A stretch of DNA of 64,000 bases from positions 62,001 to 126,000 of the forward strand of contig DF236999.1 in NCBI GenBank assembly GCA_000708835.1. Reading direction: 5' to 3'. The DNA is from Klebsormidium nitens. Its lineage: Eukaryota > Plantae > Klebsormidiophyceae. Positions within the stretch are counted from its first letter, which is position 1. The number at the start of each line of letters is the position of its first letter. This document shows positions 50,607 to 63,400 of this stretch, piece after piece. A program made the translations under genes and the position numbers. The notes below the pieces were generated by a model. It saw only the letters and a program-made list of their open reading frames with translations, was not told the DNA's origin and made no database searches.

Positions 50607-51477
50607 TCAAAGTTCATCTTCTCCAAACTCGCCTCCTTCACTCCCGCCATCCTCAATCTGCTCCGCTTCGTCTTCTTCTCCCTCCGCTTGCTCCTCGGTG
50701 TCAAACTCCTCATGAGGAGGCATGACTGAGGTCCCAATTGGCACTGTGCTCTCATTCGAGCATCGCACTTCATTCCACTGCACAGATCGAATGACGACCT
50801 TTCTTGAGAAGCTGATCGACATTTTCCTTTCCCCACAAGCAACTTTTGTCAACCTGACAACTTACTACAACGAACGCCAGATCGAGGTTTCCAGTAATGA
50901 GCGTCTGGGTCAGAAAACTCTGCACAGGAGGCACATAAAGCCCCTGGGGGATTTGAAAAGCCCCAAGGAGTTAATAAGGCAAGCGAGACATGGTCGATAG
51001 CCCGTACAGCAACCAATGCGTCGGCAAACCGGAAAAACGAGCGAGAAAACAAGACACTGACAGGTTAATTTGGAGAAACTACCTGGTATGACTGAGGGCA
51101 ATACGGATCAACCAATGGCACCAGGGGGATTATCCCTTCTTTCAGACGCGATCAACCAGAAGCTATCAGTCCTCATAAACCAGAGGAAGCAGACCAACCC
51201 AACTACACCTGTCACTCTGATGTAGCTCAGATTCTCTGGGCTTGGGCAACCTTTGGCAAAACAGGAACGTCTTAGTAGTTCCATTAATCAGCTTTGATAG
51301 AGCAAGGTATCGTCTCTACAATCGTCCAGCAACCTTCCAAACCAGCGCCTTCCCGCAACCCACCTTGGCTTCCAGCTCAGCTTCTTCCTGCGCCAATTGC
51401 ACTTCCTCGTCTTGAAAGCTGACCCAGCCTGTAATGTGCTCTATCGTTGGAGGAGCAAAACTTGGAAAGAGCGCCAT
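50607..51477 (-). CDS. APC15: Anaphase-promoting complex subunit 15-like protein, 94 aa, 2 exons
   Basis: Exon 51477-51364 (MALFPSFAPPTIEHITGWVSFQDEEVQLAQEEAELEAK, donor GTGGGT) joins exon 50777-50607 (WNEVRCSNESTVPIGTSVMPPHEEFDTEEQAEGEEDEAEQIEDGGSEGGEFGEDEL*). LFPS.P start, helical segment, VPIG motif and acidic tail all match the ANAPC15 layout. Confidence 0.8.
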
Positions 51478-51910
51478 GCTTCGTTCTGCTGAACCGGCAC
51501 TTAATGTGATCCGTTTCGTTCGTCAAATTCTGGTTGCACAACCAGCTGTTACGATCAAAGACATGCTTTCAGTGCTGAAGAATCTTAAAATCAGCTGCGA
51601 CCTATGACTTCAAGCCATCAAGCCAACAATGTCGAATTGAAGGACAGGAAGGCGGTCGTGCTGCTCTCCCTTGTGCTGAGGCTGCTACTCAGTGCTTGCC
51701 ACGAACCGGTGTTTAAGCTGGACCTGGCCGGCAGAGATGACAGATGCACCGGTGCCCAAGGCACCCCACCGGCTGGACAGCCGGCAAACAATGCTTGGCA
51801 CCTAGGCAGAACCGGCGCCCGGTGCTTTAGCCTTTAGCCCGTGTTGCCAGCCGGTAGAAATGTGGGAGGGCCGGTAGACAGCCGGCACCGGTGAAAGTTG
51901 GTGGCAAGCC

Positions 51911-51974
51911 CTGCTGCTACTGCTACTACTACTACTAGTACTAGTACTTACTACTACCGTACTACTACTACTAG
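51911..51974. repeat. Degenerate (CTA)n microsatellite
   Basis: CTGCTGCTACTGCTACTACTACTACTAGTACTAGTACTTACTACTACCGTACTACTACTACTAG in the APC15/PPOX intergenic region. Confidence 0.85.
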
Positions 51975-52444
51975 CTGAGCCATATCATTATGGGCTAGGT
52001 TCAATCTAGTGCGGCCGCGCGACCAACCTTAGCGGCCGCGTACCACGACGACTGGTATCTTTCCATGTGATCCACGTGGACCGGATTTGAAGATTTTCTT
52101 TAGTCTTTGGGTTCCTTCTGACCAATTAACTTGCCACTTTGGCAACCACGTTGGCAGCTAAAGTTGCCGGCGAATGGTCGAGTTGGAGGAAGAAGGCAAA
52201 TGTGCGTGCTGCAGCGTGCAGCTGCCATCCTCCTGCAATTTCAAAGCACACCACCTCACAACGGGTCGGAAAACGCTCTATACCTAGGTACAAGACTCAG
52301 AGGGTTGGCCTGACGTTCCCTGCTTCCGGAACCTTTTGGGCGCCCCTTGTATTGGGCTGCTTAAGGAGATTTCATATCAGGTCCTGACCTCTTGGGGCAA
52401 AGCAATCTCTGCATTTCTTGAGAGTGTCCTATTGGGGAGGCGGT

Positions 52445-55400
52445 ATGGCAATTGCCGCTGCTGCCAGGATTGCCAATGCCCATGGGGCATTGAGCAACCT
52501 GACAAAGTCTGTACATAGAACGGCCGACCTGGCGCCTTGCCCTGCGATAAGCCAAGCTCTAGCGCAAGGCAGTGTTATAAGCCGGAAGCAGGGTCGCCAA
52601 ATTTACCACCAACTTGCTAAAAGCCATGCCGCTTTCCAGCTGGCGAGGGAAGAGCCGCTGCCAAGGAGAGCTAGGTTCGCGGTCTCGGCAAAGCAAGCCA
52701 CGGTTGCGCCCCCCGCCACAAGGACGGATGATGTCACAGAGGGGCTTCTAGATTGTGTTGTGGTGGGAGGAGGGGTGTCAGGGCTGTGCACAGCGCAGGC
52801 GCTGAGGACAGAGCATGGAGATGCAATGCCGAGGGTGCTGGTGACAGAGGCTCGGGAACGGGTTGGCGGGAACATCACAACGGTTGAGAAGGACGGCTAT
52901 CTTTGGGAGGAGGGCCCTAACAGCTTCCAGCCTGGAGTACCGATGCTCAAAATGATAGTGAGGTTCTGTCAATTTCTGTTGTGATTGTTCGCTGCAACAG
53001 TGCACATCTCTTGTCGTCCACATTTCTCTGCATTCAGCGTAGACATTGCCTTGAAACCAAAAGTATTGTTAAAGTCAACCAGTTGCTTTGATAAATTGGC
53101 GCTTCTTGCCAAAGTTATGCTCGGCCTGTGTGCAGCATTGGAAGAAAAAGTTCAAGCTGCTGGAAATGGCACGTCATCACATAGGGTTTAGTTGAAGAAT
53201 TTGCCTATTTTTAAAATGTTTTCTCCTTATCTTGGAGTGCTTGCAAAACAGGTTGTGTTTCGAAGATCACATATTTGGACCCATTTCTGGTCAATCCACA
53301 ATCATTGGCACCCAACACAGTTGAGATTTCAATATACGGAGCAGAAGCCCTGGGCGCCAAATTAGGGTTTTGGAAGCCAACCTCCAGAACGCTCTGCTTA
53401 CAAGCCTCTGCAATCGCTGCCGCAGGTGGACAGCGGTATCAAGGAGGAGTTGGTCCTTGGAGACCCGACGGCGCCCCGCTTTGTGCTGTGGGGCGGCAGG
53501 TTGCGGCCGGTGCCAGCGGGCCTCACGGACCTTCCATTCTTTGACCTCCTCAGTATCTTTGGCAAGATCAGGGCCGGGCTGGGGGCACTCGGTTTCCGGC
53601 CAGGACCTCCCGTGAGTGCTAATCGTGGCACCTGTCCTTTGCCTGACTGGATTCTTGCTGCTGCTTGATTTCGCGCACTAAGACCTTGGTGGCCCTGGAA
53701 AATGCTTAGGGCAGCATTAATAAGGCAGAATGCGACTCAGATCTCATGCAAGTGGTGACAGGCTTGTTGGACTCATGATGATGGGCTCTGTGCTTGTGTT
53801 ACACCACCCGCCGTAAGCGCAACGACAAGTTGCTGTGTGTGCAGGGGCGGGAAGAGTCGGTGGAAGAGTTTGTGCGCAGAAATCTGGGAGATGAAGTCTT
53901 TGAGAGGCTCATTGAGCCCTTCTGCTCAGGTCAGTGCCTAGCAATTCGAAGAGATTTCGAGAGTTGCGCCAAGTCCATGTTGTTGTGAAATCTGATGCGG
54001 CTTTGAAAAGGGCCAGAGATTTAAGACAAATTTGGAAGTGAACCTGACTCTGATACTTGAGAACAGCTTACAATGCCAATTCATCCAAATTGTTTGCTGT
54101 GGAGTATGCTAAGCAGGACTTTCAAGCATACTGAGAACAGAGCGAACCCCCTTGGGGAATTATCTGTAGGCTCTCCCCCCGATGCGTTTTGTTATCACCC
54201 GTTCAACCAGGCACTCTGCATCATCAATAGGATACAGGCATTCTGCCAATCAGATGGTTTGGAAGCTCCTTAACAGGAGCCTTTGGTTCTGTTCAGGTGT
54301 GTATGCGGGGGATCCCTCTAAGCTGAGCATGAAGGCCGCCTTTGGCAAGGTGCAGCGCCTAGAGGACATTGGTGGCAGTATTGTAGGGGGGAGCTTAAAA
54401 CTGATCAAGGAGAGGAAAGCAAACCCCCCGCCGCCACCTGACCCGTGAGTGCTACAGCCTGCAGCCATTGATGGACTGTTTGTTAGTGAGTAGTGTTCGG
54501 TTGCCGTAAATCAAGCCCGTTGGAATGATGCACAACAAGGAAAGCTGTCTGAATCGATCAGGAGGGTTTGGTTCCTAGGTTGTCACCACTCAATATCCCA
54601 TGTTTTGTGGTTGAGAGACATGGTTGAGAAAGCAAAACTTGTCTGGTCTTCCCTCACCATGCGCCCGTGTGAACGCACTTTGTTGGAGCCCTTCGTACTT
54701 CATACAACAAGATTGTACAACCAATTATTGCCTGCTACTTCATCTGGTGTGCCCCTGTCTGATAAAAAACAGCCATGTGATGCGTTTCATCCATCTCTGC
54801 GGCAGGCGGCTCCCAAAGCCAAAGGGTCAAACCGTGGGATCTTTCAAGAAAGGCCTCCAGACGCTGCCAAAGGCAATTGCTGATATGTAAGTAACCAGCG
54901 ATCCAACTCACAGGGTCCAATCACTGGAGATTGGGCATCAATTTTTTCGGAAGCTCTGGATTATCTTTTCCAAACTCATCAGCGAAGGCGTTCGGTGTCC
55001 GGTTTGGCTTTCGCCGTGCTTTCGATGGCGAACAGCGGTAGTCTTTTGTGGCAAACATCCGCTCAGCAATCCTGTCCGTGGCTGATTCGCACTTCAGGGT
55101 TGCTAGCGAGTTGCCAGTGCTTGACTCCAGGGTGTGGAGCTGTCATCGCTTTTGCGAAGTTGTTTCTGACGTCATCAAAGCAGTGTGCGAGAAGGGGAGC
55201 TTCTTAGTGAAAGGATAGGTTTTAAGCATCTGAAGCGCCACTCTTTCTGCAGTCTGGGCGACACGGTGAAGGTCAACTGGAAGCTGACGGCAATGGCGAA
55301 GGTGGGGAACGCGTATGAGCTGACGTACAGCACGCCAGAGGGGCAGAAGGTCGTCAAAACGCGGACGGTCGCGCTAACTGTGCCTGCTTACACAGCCAGC

Positions 55401-57527
55401 TCGCTACTGAGGGAGATCAACGTGAGTAGACTGCTTGGAACTCTGTTATTTTTGCCTGACGGCGGCCACTTCAAGGCAATCAACGAGCGCGATCGTTTTT
55501 GCACGGACCTTTTCCCGTGGTGGTCAATGAGTCTGTTGGTAGTGTGGTCGGGAATGTGGATCGCCTCGTTCGAGCGACTTCTATGTACAAAGAACGCAAT
55601 TTTAAGAATCTCCAATCCACAAACCGTGAGACATCCGCCCGCAGATTGAATCCCTTGCTGACCATAGATGTCGTAGCAATAAATTAACGCACGCACTTCG
55701 AAGCGAATATCTGTCACCTTCAAAGCCGCACGACCTGAAACCATTGCCTGCAACACCGCTTTTGTCGATCTCCTGCTTTTACGCCTGACACTTGGTGCGC
55801 CCCTCAATCGTTCCTACCCTTTTTTGCAGTTGGAGGCCTCGGACGCTTTGGCCCGGTTCTACTACCCCCCGGTGGGTGCCGTCACCATCTCGTACCCCGA
55901 GTCGGCAGTTCGCGAGGAGCGGCTGGTCAACGGCAAGCTCAACGGCTTTGGACAGCTGCACCCGCGCAGCCAGGGGGTCGTCACGCTGGGTGAGGCCCCG
56001 CTCATCGACCCGTCGACTTCGCGACATTCTATAAGGTGTCACAAATCAGCGCAATTGCTGTCCAAAGCCTTCTCGTAAGCACTCTGTTTGGCAGAGGGTC
56101 TTGATAGGTGAGATCTCTGGGTCTCAGTTGGCTGCCTACGGTCGGAGGTTTTGGGTTCGTGACACTGATTAAGCATTACGGGACCAGTGATAGTGTTGAG
56201 ATGGTATTTGAAACTTTCTGCAAGCACTCTGCTTGCCGGGGGTTGTTTACAGTGTTAGTTACATAGAAGCCTCCTGTTCGAAGATGTAGAGAGTCTTCGA
56301 CGGTCGTAAAACATCTGCCAATGCAAGCCAACGAGACCCCCGGAAACCCCTCTAGGAGTCACCCAAGGCCCTTCGTTGTTTCCTTGGCTCATGAACTTGA
56401 CCTCTAAAGCATGTGGAATTTCAGCTTCATCGCTATTCGAGCTTGTCGTTCAACTCCGTCGAGATGCAGCGGTAGCACACTGGTCCTGGATGCAAATCAG
56501 CAAGGTCGGGCTCCTCTTAAAAGTGCAACCCAGCCAGATGATTCCACAGATCTGCTTTCGTTTTCACCCCCGTGTACGCAGCTCGAGTTTCGCTGTTCGA
56601 TCAAGCCTTCGGTCAAACTGCGCTTGAACTTCCCCAACGTTGCTTGGGATGTCGTTCCGAGAACCTCTATGGTTTCGGTCCTCTCCTTTGGGAAGAATTA
56701 CGAGTCGCTGGTCTGGGCAGATTGCGGTATGGAACCGGTGGCAGACTGGGCAGTGATTTGGTGGCTCCTCTCCTCTGCTCTGATTCACCTTCTTAAGCAA
56801 AGTTTTGGAGCCTCGCTCAATGTTGACGTCACTTCTCGCTCCGCAGGCACCATCTACAGCTCCGCCCTCTTCCCGAACAGGGCGCCCGAGGGCCGGGTGC
56901 TCATTCTCAACTACATTGGAGGGGCCTTGAATCCTGACATCGTGAACCAGGTGCGAACATTCAAGCCACTATCCTCCAACGGCTATTCTCTTTTCTACAT
57001 ATTCTTTTCGGTACAAACGTCGAAGATGTCAAGCACACCTCTCATCTCCGCGGACCAGGGTGCCAGGCAGCTTGCAGTTGAAGATCACTTTACATTGTAG
57101 GGATTAGGCATTCGTACAATAGAAGCCCGCCCTTTACTGAGTCCGCCAGCGAATTTAACCCCCATTCGGCTGTTCTAATTCCGTTGGCTTCTCTCAAGGC
57201 TGACCGTTCGGCTTTCTTCTCCAGTCGGAGGATGAGTTGGTGGCGCAAGTCGACAAGGACATTCGGACAATGCTGATCAAGCCGGACGCGCCCAAGCCCT
57301 TGAAGCACGGCGTCCGAGTGTGGCCGAAAGCGATCCCGCAGTTTACGGTGGGCCACTTGGAGACGCTTGAAGAGGCGCGGCAAGCCCTCAAGGACGCTGG
57401 CCATGACGGAATTATCCTGGGGGGAAACTACGTGGCGGGCGTGGCACTGGGGCGGTGCGTCGAGGGCGCATATGAGAGCGCCAAGGACATTGCAAAAGCC
57501 GCCGAGACGGCGGACATGTTTGTATGA
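52445..57527 (+). CDS. PPOX1: Protoporphyrinogen oxidase, plastid PPOX1/HemY type, about 582 aa, 9 exons
   Basis: Exons 52445-52957, 53426-53611, 53845-53929, 54297-54444, 54806-54886, 55253-55421, 55830-55989, 56847-56950, 57225-57527; total 1749 nt. Transit-peptide-like N-terminus; FAD motif [107 protein letters not shown]. Confidence 0.97.
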
Positions 57528-58292
57528 AGCCGTCGGATCGGAGCGCATTACGTTTGAGGGGGAAAAGTAGGACAATAATAATGAGTGGTATGCAACCATG
57601 CTAAGTTTGAACCGGCGTCTCAAGATTGACCTTTGCATCCTCGGCCTGGTTTTCTTTGCACAAGTGCTTGGCGGATTTTTCTGCCAAGGCCTGATTTGGA
57701 AAGCTAGCAAGTTACGGACATACAGACTGGACGTCTTGGTCATAAGTAAACGGCGCGCACCAGGGCACTCTTCAAGCTCACGATGTGAAACCAAAAGCTT
57801 ATGATTGCAAATCGTTTTGCCACGCGAACTCGGCCCCAAGTCGATCTTTTTGTTGTATCTGATAAGAGCAGACATTTCAAGTCTCATAAGATACACATGA
57901 TTGCCGTTGCTATTGAGCCTTAGTACGAGCTCTAGTGTGATGTATATATGGCTGCCAGCCCGCTGCCAGCCATGGTGGCGACACAGCTTTCAAGCTTCAA
58001 CGGCAGATGCATCACTGAATGACAATGCCACAAAAGTCAAACCGGGCAAATCAGATTTAGTTACAATATCTAGCTTTCGCTACCTACTTTATAATCTTAC
58101 TATCCAACAACAACATATCCTGCCGCCTTCGCTCACCACTTGCGCAACTCAAGTATGGTCCACTTCCGTGCAATTCGACGCGCGCGCTTAGTACAAGATA
58201 CCGCAAGAGGAAAGAGAGGGGGGGTTCGGGGGGGCGGCACGCCCCCCCCGATTTTTTGGCCTTCAATTTCGCGCCATATGCGCCGCCGTTGC

Positions 58293-58855
58293 NNNNNNNN
58301 NNNNNNNNNNNNNNNNNNNNNNNNNNNNNNNNNNNNNNNNNNNNNNNNNNNNNNNNNNNNNNNNNNNNNNNNNNNNNNNNNNNNNNNNNNNNNNNNNNNN
58401 NNNNNNNNNNNNNNNNNNNNNNNNNNNNNNNNNNNNNNNNNNNNNNNNNNNNNNNNNNNNNNNNNNNNNNNNNNNNNNNNNNNNNNNNNNNNNNNNNNNN
58501 NNNNNNNNNNNNNNNNNNNNNNNNNNNNNNNNNNNNNNNNNNNNNNNNNNNNNNNNNNNNNNNNNNNNNNNNNNNNNNNNNNNNNNNNNNNNNNNNNNNN
58601 NNNNNNNNNNNNNNNNNNNNNNNNNNNNNNNNNNNNNNNNNNNNNNNNNNNNNNNNNNNNNNNNNNNNNNNNNNNNNNNNNNNNNNNNNNNNNNNNNNNN
58701 NNNNNNNNNNNNNNNNNNNNNNNNNNNNNNNNNNNNNNNNNNNNNNNNNNNNNNNNNNNNNNNNNNNNNNNNNNNNNNNNNNNNNNNNNNNNNNNNNNNN
58801 NNNNNNNNNNNNNNNNNNNNNNNNNNNNNNNNNNNNNNNNNNNNNNNNNNNNNNN
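58293..58855. other. Assembly gap (563 N)
   Basis: Run of N characters. Confidence 1.
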
Positions 58856-58979
58856 TTTAAACATGACCGCGTCGGTCCATTCGGGGGGTTTCGATCGACG
58901 GTCCAGCTTTCGGCTATCAAATATTCTGTGTTTTTTCATGGCTGAATTATTTACCCTGAATCCCAACGTTGTCCATCAA

Positions 58980-59061
58980 GCGGAGATGGCCGAGTGGTCT
59001 AAGGCGGGTGACTCAAGTTCCCCTCTCTTCGGAGGCGTGGGTTCGAACCCCACTCTCCGCA
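58980..59061 (+). tRNA. tRNA-Leu(CAA), intronless, 82 nt
   Basis: Acceptor stem GCGGAGA/TCTCCGC with discriminator A; D arm GCC-GAGTGGTCTAA-GGC; anticodon loop CTCAAGT (CAA at 59014-59016); long variable arm CTC-TTCG-GAG; T arm GTGGG-TTCGAAC-CCCAC. Confidence 0.92.
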
Positions 59062-59093
59062 AAAATTAACTCGTCGAGCGAGTTGATCAATCC

Positions 59094-59098
59094 TTTTT
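59094..59098 (+). terminator. Probable RNA polymerase III terminator of the tRNA
   Basis: First run of five T, 33 nt after the tRNA 3' end. Confidence 0.5.
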
Positions 59099-60483
59099 GC
59101 CGAATGTGACGGTCTGTCTCTTCGTATTCGCCGTAGCCAAATAGGCCATAGGCTTCTCATGGCATCATGGCATACATATGTGGTGTGTGTTTCTTTGCTC
59201 CTTCTTCAGTTGCTGGTCTCATAGTCACTGCTGAACTGCTCCCACAGTCCCACCTACCAAACGATCGTAGTACACCGTAACCATGGGCCGACTAACGCCG
59301 TGACGCTGCGAGCATTACGCGCTTGAGAGCCATTGGCATCCGCATGTGAACCTTCAGCTCCTTCTGAGCATGTGAAGCACAAGACACGCAGGCTGGTCAT
59401 GGCTTGTTGCGGTAGCTAAGGGCTATGTATATAACAGCCCAATCACGGTCCAATCCAGGTCCAATCTTTCTGTGAAGCTATACTTCATTGACGATTCAAG
59501 TCAACCATGAGTCGAAGCTAAGACTAACTAAGCTAGACTGCATGACCAAGATGCCAAGCATGTCCAGACAATGATAAGGCTATGATCGAGCTTGATCGAG
59601 TTGTAATTGCCCTGCAATTGCAACCTGAGAGCCAGATTGGCTATATGTATAAACATTCAACGTCATGGCACACACTTCATGGCGGCTTGCACCTAGTAGT
59701 GCTGTCATGCAGAAATTGAACCCCAAACCTGAGAACCAGATGTATTATGAAACTTGATTCGCCCTTGAAAATGTCCGGTGTCACGGGCAGCTCTAAGATG
59801 TATAGTACCATCAGTGTGTTCGACGTCCTCTTCCTTTTCGCCCAGAACCTAAGTTTGCACATGGCTAGTATAAATCATACGTATACTATGAGATCATTGA
59901 AGGCAGCAAGTGACTTTTGTAGCATGTGTACGCACATGTGATTCTTAGTCTGGATCTTTTGCAGCTTGACTGATGATCGATTATTGAAGCCGACAGTGAG
60001 CCAAAGACCAATTTCTAGCTGCAACGTCTCCCGACATTGGAAGTCCATGCAAACGCATACGGCCGATTCAATATAGTGAACATGCCCGTGAAGATGGTCG
60101 CGCCATCCAGAGTTACTATGTAACATACCTGGTGTCGGCCTTGCACTTGCATCATGTGCAATGATGCGGGCACGCCGAGTTGCCCTGCTGTACCGTGCAG
60201 GGCGATCCGTTGGCACAATCATTGGCGTGACTTTAAATCAAAATAATGCATTGCAGCGAGTCAACTGACCACAGCGACCACCATATCTTGGAGGACTTCC
60301 AAGAGCCTTATTGGCGGTGGTCGCTGGCATTAATTGCAAGACAACGCAATGAAGTTGTTCGTGATAAGTACAGGTTTTCTGAAGTGGATAAGGCCAGTAT
60401 TGGTGCGGATCGCAACACAGGGAGAGAATTTTTCGTTTGATCCTCATTGTTGTAACAATTTGCTGTTGTATGTACAAAAGGGG

Positions 60484-63400
60484 TCAAAAAGTGACAAGCG
60501 GACTCTCCGTCTTTGACTGTTTTTCTAAAATTATACATTGCACTTCCTGAGCGTGCTGTATCAACTCGTCAGAACCCACATTTCCCTGAAGAACTTTTGG
60601 CCATTGACTAGACGGTATGCAATCCTCTTTGGGCTCTATCAATGGAGTTTGCTCTAGCGGAATGCTGAGCGCAGACCTGGCGAGCACTTCCCCCAGGTCG
60701 GCTAGGTACAGGTCGGCAAGATCGTACTCGTAAATGTCGTCGTCAATGATACCGTTTGCGTTTGTGTATATGGCCGCAGAGAGGAAGAACGACCGGCCCG
60801 AAGGCAGGTGCATGATGTACCTAGGCAGGTAAAGGGCACGGTCAGCTTTTGTGCTGGTTTGAAACAGGTTTTACAAGATTGCCGGAGACAGGTTGAATAA
60901 GTCTGTCGAGTGTGGGAGGACTGATATCTGCGAGGGGGCCATCCGCTCTTAGAGACAGTCGCAAGAGGCGGACAGCTGTACAGCAAATGCCGGTCCAAAC
61001 GGCCATCAGAAGGGTTCGTAACCCCTCTATCATGAAAACGTGGTTACTGTAGTAAATTGCACACAGTTGCCGCCTGATAATACAAATCCGTACGGAGTGG
61101 CGAACTCACGCATTGTCGATGCTAAAACCGTAGGCCCTGCCGACCTTGTTGTAGATCCTCCAGTCAGCTTTCGGGCTCACTCGGCACAGGCCTGGCAGGA
61201 AGAACTGCACAGAGTGAGGGCCACGTGGCGCGTCTCAGAAGATCGAAGCAGAACGGCGGCCGATCGTCACTATCCTGCTGCAACTTTTCTCGTCAGGATT
61301 CAGCCACTTCCCAAGGAACTTATACTTCAAAACCGACGAGTGCTTCGTTCCTGGCATCCTTCGCAAAGCAAGATTCGACTGTTAAGTAAGATCATTGGTC
61401 AACATTTTCGAATTGAACTGCGCTATTGGTTAGTGGGGGCCTCGACCCACAATAGCCGGGAATCAGATGCAGACGACCTCAAAAGCAACGTCTTTGGGGG
61501 TGTGTTAACGCGCAGCGGCGCTGGCGCATCTGATTGACACCCCGTCTTTTTGCGGTGCTGACCTTGCAATAATCGTCGGGGTAGTGGCGGGAGTCGTACT
61601 GCGGGTTGCACGACTGGGAGGGGTACTGGAGCATGGCCTCCATTAGGACGGCCCGCTGTTCCGGCGGAAGCGACAGAACGGACGTGGGGCTCTGAAAAAG
61701 TGGAAAGAGAGAGGGGGAGCTCAAACAAGGTGAGGGAGGTTTTGGCTCACGGAAGTGCTCAACGAGCATTCCTGGGGCTCAAACTTCAGCGATGACTGGA
61801 AACCAGAGATGCAGCGGTAGACAATTCAGAAAGAGTGCGACAACTACTGGGGCAGGTTAAGAAGCTCTTGCTCCAACGAATGCGTAAAAGTTGTTCCGCC
61901 TAAGGAATTCCATCGACCAGCAGGACCAAGGCCCCAAAGCAACTTAACGTGCTAGCGAAGAGACGAAAAGGAGCCGAAGAGAGCACGGCTAGAACCGCGG
62001 GGCAGCAATACGAGCCGCTTACACGAGAGAAGGCGGGGAAAAACAGGGCGACCAGGAAGTCCTGGAGGTCGGTGAGGGTCATGTAGTTCTTCCAACTGAA
62101 GTCCATGGGCTCCTCCACCTGCAGCAAGCAGCGGGTGAATCAGGCAGGGGATCAGCAACTAGGGGTGGTCCAGTTCTTGCGCGTCGCTTCGGTTTGATAC
62201 GATGTATTTTGCGTGCAAGGCAGTCACAACTATCTGATGCTGATAGCCGAAGTTTGGCCGATTATCAGACAACTATGTTGGAGCACCGTGTTGAGGCTTG
62301 TGGAAACCGGAGCAGACTGGGAGAAGGGCAAAGGGGAACCTTTTGAGCGGGCTGCCTCCGCGGTCGAAATATTTCTGCAGGCGTCGCTGATCAACTTCGA
62401 GGATGGTAATGGAAGAAATAGTAGTCACGCAGACGTATCAATCAGCAAAGGTGTGTTTCTTTTAACCCCGTGTAGAACCCCTTCTCACCAGGCGGCCGTC
62501 CTCAATGTAGCCAGTTCCAACGGCGACCCCAGGCACCCCCTCCCGAGTGCCTAAGTCCAACCGACTGCGAGTTTCGGGGAGGCAAAAGGGCGCACTCTCG
62601 TCCCGCACTTCGACCCGGCCACCTAAGCGGGGGTCGTCTTTATTTCTGTCGGGAGGCGACAGCCCGAGGCGGTGGGTGAGACGACAGGCAGAAAAGCCCA
62701 TAGCCCACCTGAAAGCAGAGCGGCTATTGAGCGGAGGCAGAGCGGTTGTACGTGGAAGCAGATGGCTACCTATTGAGGTGTACGCTACGTTCTGAGGCAG
62801 GCGCTAGACAAGGGAAGCAGAGCAAGTGTGAAGTGAAAGGCAAATTTTGAGAATGTGATCTGCATGTCGGAGGTGGAATCTACTGGAAGGAAGCCGGGCA
62901 ACCTTGAGTGGGATTAGAACGGGTCACAAGTGGCAGTAGAGCGGAAAGGTAGTCACAGCACTGATCAACCCGAAATCGTCAGTGAGCAATTGTCACTTTG
63001 GTGCCATTTTGCAGTAATTTACTACACAATGTCTGCTGTAAAGAATGACAAGGAGGGAAGATACAAACTGACGTAGAACCGACAGAAAGAGTTCGCGACA
63101 GTGTATACTGCGAAAGTTTCCCCCTCTTCGACTGGCAACTCAAGCCACTTCAGAAGGCAACTCAGAAAAAAATGGGCATAATGTGTGGAGAACGTAGGCG
63201 GCTTTGGGACGGGAGAGCACCTTACATCCTCTCGTTGAGCTCAGCTTGACCAACAAAGGTGTAGAGCCGGTTGTAAGCGTCATTATCGGAAACCTGCACG
63301 ACAGCCCCATCACACGAGCGCCTGAGATCCTAAGAACAACAATCTTGTATGGAGATTCGATGCAGGTAGATCAGCAAAGGAAAGTGTCTTTCTATAAACT

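Noticed and set aside
58870-58910. B-box-like GGTTTCGATC upstream of the tRNA, suggesting a second tRNA or a SINE
   Set aside because: No cloverleaf or A box can be built, and the sequence is truncated by the gap.
58084-59069. ORFs of 229-309 aa in the ORF track
   Set aside because: Artefacts of translating through the N gap.
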